Shown: positions 12,601 to 24,600 of the stretch, piece after piece
Layout of the letters: the number at the start of each line of letters is the position of its first letter
Numbering within the stretch: position 1 is the stretch's first letter
Source of the DNA: a bacterium
Lineage (GTDB): Bacteria; UBA9089; CG2-30-40-21
DNA: 33,347 nt
Assembly: GCA_030018795.1 (NCBI GenBank)
Contig: JASEHA010000002.1
Location: 1-33,347, forward strand
Reading direction: 5' to 3'
The notes under the pieces: generated by a model
What the model was told of the DNA's origin: nothing
Databases searched by the model: none
What the model saw: the letters and a program-made list of their open reading frames with translations, nothing else
Made by a program: the position numbers and the translations under genes

Positions 12601-15600
12601 AGCTGGACAATTGATACACAAGTGTATGGAACAACAACCATCACGGCCAGTGGTATCTCATCAGCAACCAATTGCTTTGTTATCCGGACAAGCCTGTTCA
12701 TGATTTCACCGTCAAGAGGCTCTGTAGGCACAATGGTAAGCATTGCTGGTGCAGGGTATGCAGCAAATGATGCCGTAACAGTTGCCTTTGGTAATAAACC
12801 TGCTATGGCAACAACAACGGCAAATATAAGCGGGTTCTTTAGCTTAAGCTTTACTGTAGATACACAGATTTATGGGACAAAGACAGTTACGGCTCAAGGC
12901 GTGAGTTCTGAGAACAGCCTGAACTTGTTTACGATTATTCCAGAAATATATGCGGTAACACCAACTAATGGTACGGTTGGTACAAGGGTAAGCATTAGTG
13001 GTTCTGGTTATGGAAAATATGATCCGATGTTCTTTGAGTTTGGAAACAATACCAGTATTGCCTCATCGATCTATGCCACGATAAATGGTTTATTTAATAC
13101 CTCGTTTGTGGTTGATACGCAAAGTTATGGAACAACAACTATAAGGGCTAAGGGCAGCTTCTCAACCACAGCGGCAAATACATTCTTTATTATGCCGCAG
13201 ATTATCAGCGTCCTGCCGACAACCGGCAGCGTTGGTACAGTAGTGACTGTTAAGGGTACTGGTTATGCGGCAAATGATAGTATCACGGTTAGCTTTGGCA
13301 CCAATGCTGCTATCCAGCAGGCAGCAGCCAATGCAGCCGGGTCATTTAGCACAACATGGACAGTAGATACGCAAGTTTATGGAACATGCACCATTAGTGC
13401 TATCGGTGCAGATTCTTCTATAGCGGTAAGTATATTCTTTGTCACACCGCAGGTTGTCAGGGTGATGCCAACACAGGGGAGTGTGGGCACAGTAGTAACT
13501 ATTGATGGCACAGGTTATGCAGCCGGCGAGACCGTGAATGTTGCCTTTGGTACCAATGCTGCTATTGGGCAGGCACAGGCCAGCACAGATGGTTTATGGA
13601 CAACCAGCTGGACGGTTGATATTCAGCGGTATGGTACGACAACCATTACAGTAAGCGGTATCTCAAGTGCCAGCAATTGCTTCTTTATCCAGCCGCAAGT
13701 TGTTAGTGTAATGCCAACACAGGGGAGTGTGGGCACAGTAGTAACCATCGACGGCACAGGTTATGCAGCAGGCGATGCTGTGAATATTGCCTTTGGTACC
13801 AATGCTGCTATTCAGACAGCACAGGCCAGCATATACGGCTCATTTACAGCTGCCTTTATGATTGATACACAGGTTTATGGCAACACATTGGTTACAGCAA
13901 AGGGAGCATTGTCAGCAGCAGCAACTAACAGCCTCTTTATTATCCCTGATGTTTGCTCAGTTTCACCATCAAAGGGTATAGTTGGCACATTGGTAACTAT
14001 CAAAGGTACTGGTTATGCAGCCATAGATACAGTGATAATACGATTTGGAACTAATGATAATATCCAGACAACTACCTCAGATAATAAGGGGTATTTTGAG
14101 GCAGTATTTACTGTGGATACTCAAGTGGTTGGCAGAACAACAATTAAAGCATTTAGTATGGAGTCTGCTACAGCTGAGAATGTATTTGAAATAATTGGCG
14201 GTGTAATAATTTTACCAACCTCTGGAACGATAGGGGTAACGGTTGAGGTAAATGGTTCTGGGTTTGGTGCTTATGACCTTATCACTGTCCACTTTGGTGC
14301 TATCAGGAGTGTAGCTGAGTGTCTTAGTGATGATAAGGGTGTGTTTAATACAAGCTTTGTAGTTGGTGCTCAGCCTTATGGGACAACAAGTGTGATAGCT
14401 GCTGATGATTCAGTAGCAGAGGCACAGTTCTTTGTCTTGCCTGAGGTTACAAGTGTTGAGCCAACAGCAGGTACAGTGGGCATGGTGATAACTGTGACTG
14501 GTACAGGTTATGCAGCCAGTGACAATATTACCATAGCCTTTGGGACAAACAGCAGTATTAATCAGGTTGTGGCTGGTCAGGATGGTTCATGGATAACCGC
14601 ATGGACAGTTGATACTCAAGATTATGGAACATGCACGATTACTGCCTCAGGTGCAACAGCAGTGGCAGCCAACACCTTCTTTATCCAGCCGCAGGTATAT
14701 TATGTAACACCAACAGCTGGCACGGTTGGCACAGAGGTGATAATTGCTGGTACAGGTTATGCAGATGGTGAGACAGTGAATATTGCTTTTGGCACCAATG
14801 CTGCTATTCAAACAGCACAGGTCGGCACATATGGCTCATGGACAGCCAGCTGGACAGTAGATGTTCAACGCTACGGGTTAACAGATATTACAGCCTCTGG
14901 TGCAAACGCTGTGGCAATCAATATATTCTTTATCCAGCCACAGGTTACAAGTGTGCTGCCAACAACAGGGACAGTGGGCACAGTGGTGGCTGTGACTGGT
15001 ACGGGTTATGCCGCAGGTGATGGTATCACTATAGCCTTTGGGACAAACAATAATATCAAGCAGGCAGTTGCCAGCCAGTATGGATCATGGACAACTACAT
15101 TTACGGTTGATACCCAACGTGTTGGAACAACCACGATTACAGCCTCTGGTGCAGACGCAGTGGCAAGCAACGTGTTTGTCATCCAGCCGCAGGTTACAAG
15201 CGTGCTGCCGACAACAGGCAGCGTTGGAAGCGTGGTAACCATAGCCGGGACAGGCTACGGTGCAAATGACAGTATCACTGTTAGCTTTGGGACAAACAAT
15301 AATATCAGGCAGGCATCTACTGGATTGTATGGCTCATTCAGCACCACCTTTACGGTTGATACTCAAATCTTTGGAACAACAACCATTACAGTATCCAGTG
15401 CAAAGGCAGTGGCAGTCAATGCCTTCTTTATCCAGCCGCAGGTTACAGGTGTTGAGCCAATGCATGGAACGATAGGCACAATGGTGACGATTACTGGCAC
15501 AGGCTATACATCAGGTGGCAATATTATTGTTGCCTTTGGGACAACCAGCAGCATTAAGCAGGCTGTGGTTGGTCAGTATGGCTCATGGACATGTGTGTTT

Positions 15601-18600
15601 ACGGTTAATGCTCAATCCTATGCAACAACTACCATTACGGTTACTGGTGCATCCTCTGAATCAGCGAGGAATCAATTCTTTGTGGATGGCAGGATTATTG
15701 GGATATATCCAACAGCAGGTGCTATAGGGCTTTTGGTTACTATCAAGGGTGATGGTTATCGAGCCGGGAGAACTGTGAATATTAGCTTTGGAACAATTGG
15801 GATTCTGACAACAACAACCGTGGCAGCAAGCGGTGAGTTTACAGCTTTCTTTGTTATTCCAGATGATTCTGTTGGTCCAAAGACAGTAACAGCAGCAGAT
15901 GGTGTGGTAACGAATAATATTTCGTTTACTATCAAGGCTGGTATCTCAGACCTTTCACCAAACAAAGGTACGGTTGGGACTGTGGTTTGTATTGCCGGGA
16001 ATGGCTATGGTGGCAATGAGACCATCAGAATTGATTTTGGTCAGACTCGGACCATTACCTTTACTCAAACATCAGTAACTGGAACATTCAGTACTATGTT
16101 TACTATAAATACTCAAGCTGCAGGCCCAACAACAATTATTGCTGAGGGTGTCAATAGCCAGAGTACAGATATGAAGACATTTACCATATTGCAGCATATC
16201 TTGAGCATTACCCCAACAATTGGTACGGTGGGCAGTATGATTACTATTATTGCAGATGGCTATGGTAGTAATGAGCTTATCCGAATTCAACTTGGGACAA
16301 GCCCAAGTGTTGGTTCAATTGTTTCGAGTGATAAGGGGACATTTACCGCAATATTCAGTATTGATACTCAAGTCTATGGCAGCAGAACAATAGTGCCTGT
16401 TGGTCAGGTATCATGCGTTATTGGTGTGGATACAACCACATGCTTTGTCCTTCCAGAGGTTTATTCAGTCTCGCCAGAGGCTGGAACTGTTGGGAGAACA
16501 GTTGAGGTTAAGGGTACTGGCTATGCAGCGGGTGATACAATTATCATTGCTCTTGGCAATAATGCTACTATTGGTCAGGTGTTGGCTGAGGATTCAGGCC
16601 ACTTTATGGCAAACATTGTGGTTGATGTTCAAGCGTTTGGAACAACAACCGTGAAAGCAAGCGGTGTGGCTGTGGCTGAGAATACATTCGTTATTCAGCC
16701 TGCTCTGTATTCTGTTGTTCCTTCAAGGGGAACGGTTGGGACAGTGCTTGATATCAAAGGCAGGGGTTATATTGCGAATGATAGCATTGCTATCAGCTTT
16801 GGCAGCACACATACCATTCAGCAGACAGTTGCAGACACAAAGGGCTTCTTTGCTACATCATTTACTATCGAGGTTCAGCCATATGGAACAACAACCATTA
16901 AAGCCAGTGGCAGCATGGATGCAGAGGCAGAGAATACTGCCTTTATCCTGCCTGATATTTACTATATCTCAAATACAGAGGGCACGGTTGGCTCTACTGT
17001 TGTTATCCGCGGCAATGGATTTGCTGCGGGTGAGGTTATAAAGATTGACATTGGCACATGGGATCCATATGCGACTGCGGATGAGAATGGTTACTTTGAG
17101 TATACCTTTACCGTTGATACTCAAACCTATGGCTCAACAACCATTCGGGCTACAGGCAGTAATTCAACCACACCAAGTGAGGTGACATTTAATATCCAGC
17201 CAGAGGTATACTATGTCTCACCAATTTGTGGAACAGTGGGGACAATTGTTCAGGTACGCGGCACAGGGTATGCAGCCACAGAGTTGATAACCATTGTCTT
17301 TGGGAATAATTCAGCTATTCAGACCACAATGGCAGATGCCATTGGCTTCTTTGATACAACGTTTATGGTTGATACTCAAGGTTTTGGGACAACAACGATT
17401 GTTGCCAGAGGGGCATTGGCTGGCAGTGCGACAAATACATTTAATATCCAGCCAGAGGTGTATGCAGTTCTGCCTTCACAGGGCAGCGTTGGGACAGTTG
17501 TAACCATTAAGGGTACAGGTTATGCAGCAGGGGATGTGGTAAATATTGCCTTTGGCACAAATGCCATCATCCAGACAGCAAATGCAAGCATATACGGTTC
17601 ATGGACATCAAGCTTTATCGTTGATGTTCAAGCGTATGGCACAACAACCATTATTGCCAGTGGTATCTCAAGTGCCAGTAATCGTTTCTTTATCCAGCCG
17701 CAGGTAGTCAGCGTTGTACCGGCTTATGGTACGGTTGGAACGGTGATAAGGATTTACAGCACAGGCTATGCTGCAGGAGATATGGTGAATATTGCCTTTG
17801 GTACAAATGCCACCATTCAGACAGCAGCAGCAAGCACATATGGTTCATTTAGCAGCACCTTTACGATTGATACTCAAAGTTTTGGAACAACGACTATTAC
17901 TGCCAGCGGTATAAGTATAGCGATGAATAACTTCTTCATCCAGTCAGCGGTGTACATGGTAACGCCAAACAGGGGCAGTGTAGGGACAATGATCAGTGTT
18001 GGCGGTACTGGTTATGCTGCTGGTGAGGCTGTCACTATTGCCTTTGGGACAAACAATAGTATTAGGTTGCCAGTAACCGATAGCCGCGGCTGGTTTGAGA
18101 CAACATTTACCATTGATGTTCAATCGTATGGAACAACAACGATTATTGCCAGTGGTGTGAGTGTGGCTACAAATGTGTTTAGTATCCAGCCGCAGGTAGT
18201 CAGCGTTCTACCGACAAAGGGAAGCGTTGGTACGATAGTTACGATTTATGGCACAGGCTATGCTGCAAATGATACGGTGAAGATTGCCTTTGGCAACAAT
18301 GCCAGTATTCAGACAACAAAGGCAAGCACATATGGCTCATTGACTACAAGCTGGATAGTCGATACTCAAGGTTATGGCACCACAACCATTACTGCCAGCG
18401 GTGTGGATATGGCAGCAAACCGCTTCTTCATTCTGCCGCAGGTGTACAGCGTAACACCAACTACAGGTACGGTAGGGACAGTGATTGCCATTGCAGGTAC
18501 AGGCTATGCATCAAATGAGGGTGTAACCGTTGCCTTTGGCACGAATAATAGTATTAAGACACAGTTTGCAGATAACTGCGGCTGGTTTAATATAAGCTTT

Positions 18601-21600
18601 GCCGTTGATATGCAAGCCTGTGGAACAACAACGATTACTGCCAGCGGCAGTGATGCGGTGGCTCAGAATGTGTTTGGCATTCAGCCGCAGGTATATACTG
18701 TAGTGCCTTCAGCTGGAACAGTAGGCACAATCGTTACTATATCTGGCAGCGGGTATGCAGCTAATGACAGTATAACCGTGGCATTTGGAACAAATGCTAA
18801 TATTCAGACAGCAGTGGCAAGCACATACGGTTCATTTAGTACAACGTGGACAGTTGATATGCAGCGTTGTGGGACAACAACGATTACTGCCAGCGGTGCA
18901 AAGGTTGTGGCTCAGAATGTGTTTGTCATCCAGGCTCAAGTCACAAGTGTGCTGCCGACAGCAGGGACAGTTGGTACAGTGATAACAATAACTGGTACTG
19001 GCTATGCAGCAGGTGATAGTATCGCTCTGGCGTTTGGGACAAACTCTCATATTCAGCAGGTAACTGCCAGCCAGTATGGCTCATGGACAACCAGCTTTAC
19101 TGTTGATACACAAGGCTATGGAACAACAACCATTACCGCATCTGGTGCGGCAGTTGCTGCTCGAAATGTGTTTGCCATTCAGCCTCAGGTTGTCAGTGTC
19201 CTGCCGACACAGGGGAGCGTGGGTACGATTGTGACCATAACCTGCACTGGTTATGCTGCAGGTGAGACGATTAATGTGGCATTTGGCACAAATAACAGCA
19301 TCAAGATAACATCAGCTGGACAGTATGGCTCGTTTAGCACAAGCTGGATGGTTGATACTCAAATGTATGGGACATGCAGTATTACTGTCAAGGGTCAGTT
19401 AACTGTGGCAGGAAATACCTTCTTTATCCAGCCGCAGGTATACTCGGTTGTGCCAACAACAGGCACAGTGGGCACAATGGTGACTGTATCTGGTACAGGT
19501 TATGCAGCAAATGATAATATCACCATTGCCTTTGGAGTAAATAACAGCATTAAGACAACTGCTGCTGGCGTACAAGGGGCGTTCAGCAGTATATTTACCG
19601 TTGATACTCAGAGTTATGGGACAACCAATATCCTTGCCAGTGGCATGATATCAAGTGCTGGCAATTCATTCTTTATCAAGCCAGGTATATTCTATGTTAC
19701 TCCGATAGTTGGAACCGTTGGGAGCATAGTAAATATCAAGGGTGCTGGATTTGCAGCGGGTGATGTGATAACAGTTGATTTTGGTAATCATCCAGCCATA
19801 CAGACAGCAAACGCAGATAGCGTGGGTTACTTTGCAACTGCATTCACGGTTGATGCCCAGGCAGTTGGCAGTACTACGATTAAGGCAACTGGTGTATTCT
19901 CTGAGGCAGCCATTAACTACTTCAGGATTGAGGGTGCACTTTACCTGAGCCCAACAACAGGTACGGTTGGAACAAGGGTAAGCATGTCTGGTAATGGGTT
20001 TGGATATAACAAGCAGATACAGGTAAGGTTTGGGACAACAGATCCGATTACAACCATTATTTCAGATAATAAGGGTGCATTCAGCGGAGTCTTTACGGTT
20101 GATACTCAAGTGTTTGGCAAGACAAGGGTGATTGCCATTGATGGCTCTACAGCTGAGACCGAGTTCTTTGTGCTGCCAGATGTCTATTATGTGTCGCCCA
20201 TCTCAGGTACAGTTGGAACACCGGTAAATATCCGTGGCACAGGTTATGGGACAGAGGCAGTAACCGTTAAGCTTGGTGTATCACAGATTATAGCCCAGGC
20301 AAATGCAGCCGGTTACTTTGAGACAGTGTTTACCATGGATACTCAAGGCTATGGGACAAAGACTGTAACAGCTACGGGTCAGAGTACAGCTGCTGTAGAT
20401 AGCAACATATTCTTTGTCCAGTCGCAGGTTTATCAGGTAACCCCAGGTCATGGGACAGTAGGGACAATAGTTGATACAAGAGGTACTGGCTTTGGTATAC
20501 TTGATCCGATTAACATAGCCTTTGGGAATAATGGCAATATTACTTCAAGCACAGCCGATGGTCGGGGATACTTTGCTGTAACATTTACGGTAGATACTCA
20601 AGTCTATGGCTGGACAACTATAGTGGCAACAGGTGCATCAATTTCTTCAGCAAGCAACAGGTTCTTTATTGCGTCTCAGATATATCAGGTATCACCAAAT
20701 AAAGGAACGGTTGGAACATTGGTGAATATTGCAGGTTCTGGTTATACAGGAAATGATGGGATAACCATTGGCTTAGGGATAAACAGCAGTATCAAGTCTA
20801 CAAATGCAGACAGCCGCGGCTGGTTTGCAACAAGTTTTGTCATTGATACTCAAGTTTATGGTACGACAAGTGTTATAGCAACAGGCATCTCCTCAGCTGT
20901 AAACAGCTTCTTTATCCAGCCACAGATTTACTCGGTTGCTCCAACCATGGGTACGGTTGGCAGCCAGATAATCATCCGTGGCACTGGCTATGAGGCAATG
21001 GATAGCTTGAATGTTGCCTTTGGAACAACGCCAATAATTATCAGTGGTGCAGGGATGGCTAACGGCTCGTTTGTGATTGTGTTTACAGCAGATACTCAAA
21101 GTTATGGAACTACAAATATCAGTGTTTCTGGCAGGACAACACTTAGCAGGAACAGCTTCTTTGTTATTCCTGACATCTACTCCATGACACCAACACGTGG
21201 TACAGTGGGCACCATGGTAGAGGTAAAGGGTTGCGGCTATGGAATGGTTGATCCAGTTACTATTGGCTTTGGAAAGAATACAGGTATACAGTCAGCAACA
21301 GCCAATAGTGATGGCAGGTTTAGCACCAGCTTTGTAGTGGATACTCAAATCTTTGGAACAACAACCGTTAAGGCTCAAGGCATAAGCTCTGCAGAGAGGG
21401 CATTCATTATTATTCAGGAGATAGCATCTGTATCTCCGTCAATGGGCAGTGTGGGAACGGTTGTTGAACTTAAGGGTACTGGTTATGCGGCCAATGACCC
21501 AATTATCATTGCCTTTGGGACAGAGAATAATATTCAATCAACAAGCTCAGATATAAATGGCTTCTTTACCTGCGTCTTTACCGTCAATACTCAAGGTTTT

Positions 21601-24600
21601 GGCACAAAGACCATTAAGGCTATAGGCAGCAGCGGGACAGCGATAAGCAGATTTATCATTACCCCGCAGGTTTATCTTGTTACGCCAGATAGGGGAACAA
21701 TTGGCACAGCAGTAACCATCAAGGGTGCTGGATATGCGGCAAATGATACATTAAGGGTTGATTTTGGCAATACAAATGGTATTAAGGCAGCAACAGCAAC
21801 AGGCAGCGGCAGTTTTGTGACCATATTTACAGTGAATACTCAAGGGTATGGGGCGACTATGATTAAGGTTAGCGGTGTGGATGCAACTGCTGAAAATAGC
21901 TTCTTTATCCAGCCAAATGTTTATCTGGTCTCACCGAGCAAGGGAACGATTGGGTGCGAGGTTGAGGTTAAGGGTACTGGTTATGATGAAAATGATGGGC
22001 TAACCATTGGGTTTGGGAATAAAGCCAATATTGGCTCTGCCCTGGCAGATATAAATGGGTATTTTAGGACAACATTTATTGTTAATACTCAAATCTTTGG
22101 TACAACAACCATTACTGTCAGCGGTATAGATACAGCGGCAAATACATTCTTTATCCAGCCGCAGATTCATAGTGTAATGCCAGCACGTGGCTCAGTTGGC
22201 AGCATGGTTACCATTGCTGGTTGTGGTTATGGTGCAGATGACAATATCAATGTTACCTTTGGAACAAGTGCAGGCATTAAGCAGGCTGCAGCAGATGTTA
22301 ACGGCTGGTTTAGCACAGTCTTTACGATTGATACTCAAGTGTTTGGGACAACGAGTATTGTTGCTAAGGGTATGGTAGCTGCATCAGCAATAGCAAGTAA
22401 TGTATTCTTTATCCATCCGCAGGTATCGCAGGTAAGCCCGGCTAATGGTACGGTTGGAACAATGGTGAATATATCTGGTACAGGTTATGCAGCCGCAGAC
22501 GTATTGACAATAGCCTTTGGTACGAATAACAATATCCAGACAGGCGTGGCAGATAGCCGTGGCAGGGTTAGCCTGACATTTACAGTTGATACTCAAATGT
22601 TTGGGACAACCTGTGTGACGGTTAGCGGCTCTTTATCCATGACTGCAACCTCAAGCTTCTATATTCGTGCCAGTGTGTATAGCGTCAGCCCGGCTAATGG
22701 TACGGTTGGAACAGGGGTAAACATCAAGGGTTCAGGCTATGCAGCCTATGATGTTATTACCCTTGGTTTTGGAAATAATGCCAATATTGGTGCTGCCAGT
22801 GCAGATGATAAGGGATTGTTTACAGCAAGCTTTGTGGCTGATACTCAAGCATATGGTGCGACTACGATTGTGGCTACTGGTGTAAATTCAGAAAGGGGCG
22901 AGAAGAATACATTCTTTGTCAAACCTGCGATATATCGGGTAAGCCCGGTTGCAGGCACCATTGGCACACAGGTTAATATTAATGGTACTGGATATGCGGT
23001 TGGTGATAGTATTACTGTTGTCTTTGGAAACAGGAGTGGTATGGCAACGGCTACAGCCGCAGGTGATGGCCGATTTGAGACAGGGTTTGTGGTGGATACT
23101 CAGGTGTATGGTACTACAACCATTATGGCTCTGGGTGTAACCGCTGGTGCTGCAGCAAATACATACAAGATACTGCCGGAGCTTTACTCAGTTGTACCGA
23201 ATAAGGGTACGGTAGGGACAATGATTACAATCAAGGGCAGCGGCTATGCAGCTATGGATGCTATTACCATTGCCTTTGGGAATAATCCAAACAGGAAGCA
23301 GACAATAGCCAATAGTACTGGCTGCTTTGAGACAAGCTTTACGGTTGATATGCAGGGTTGTGGGACAGTAAGCATTATTGCTGCAGGTTCATCCTCAATG
23401 GCTGCCATAAACTTCTTTGTTATCAAGCCAGAGGTATACTCTGTATCGCCAGCTGTAGGGACAGTTGGAACAGTAGTTGAGGTTATGGGTGCTGGTTATC
23501 CGGCATCTGATACAGTTTCATTGAGCTTTGGCTTAACCAATAATCTTAAGACAGCAATGACCAATAATGTGGGTATGTTTGCGGTCAGCTTTACCGTAGA
23601 TGTTCAAGCCTTTGGTTCAACAACCATTACTGTAACAGGTGCAGGCAATTCGATTGGTTCAAGCAGCTTCTTTATTACCTCATCTCTGTATCAAGTGGTA
23701 CCTATCAGTGGCACGGTTGGTACAGTGGTTGAATTGCGTGGTGCTGGGTATGGGGCAACAGACACAATCAGGATATCGTTTGGTGAGACCGTAACCATTA
23801 AGACAGCGGTATCTGACAGCTATGGACATATAGTAACTACATTTACCGTAGATACGCAAAGCTATGGCTTAACCGTGATAACGGCTGCAGGCAAAGGGAG
23901 TGCTCAAAACAGCTTTACCATTCTGCCGAGCATCTATTCTGTAACACCATATAGGGCTACAGTGGGAACAATAGTAACAGTGCGTGGTGCTGGATATGCC
24001 AGGAATGAGAGTATTACCATAAGCCTTGGGGATAACCAGAATATTCAAACAGCGATTGCAGCAAATAATGGTCTATTTGTAGCCTTATTTACAGTAGATA
24101 CGCAAAGCTATGGCTTGACCATGGTTAAGGCTACTGGTGTAAATGCTGGAACAGCGACAAACAGCTTATTTATCTATCCACAGGTATACAAGGTAAGCCC
24201 AACAAGGGGTACTATTGGGACGATTGTTGGTATTTATGGCACAGGGTATGCAGGAAATGATAGCGTAACCGTGTCATTTGGGAATAATGCCAATATCAAG
24301 ATTGACACTGCGGGGATAAATGGTTATCTGGAGACAAGCTTTGTGGTTGACACTCAAGGGTGTGGAATCAAGACCATTGTGGCCACAGGTGCCCTGTCAG
24401 AGGCAGCCACAAATACCTTTACCATTACCCCAAATCTCTACTCAGTCGTGCCTTCATCTGGTACAGTTGGAACTACGATAAAGGTTTGCGGCACAGGGTA
24501 TGGCCCAACTGAGTTGATTACCATAGGGTTTGGTGATAATGTAAACATTGGGCAGGTATTCTCTGATAATCGTGGCTATTTTGCAAAGAGCTTTGTTGTT

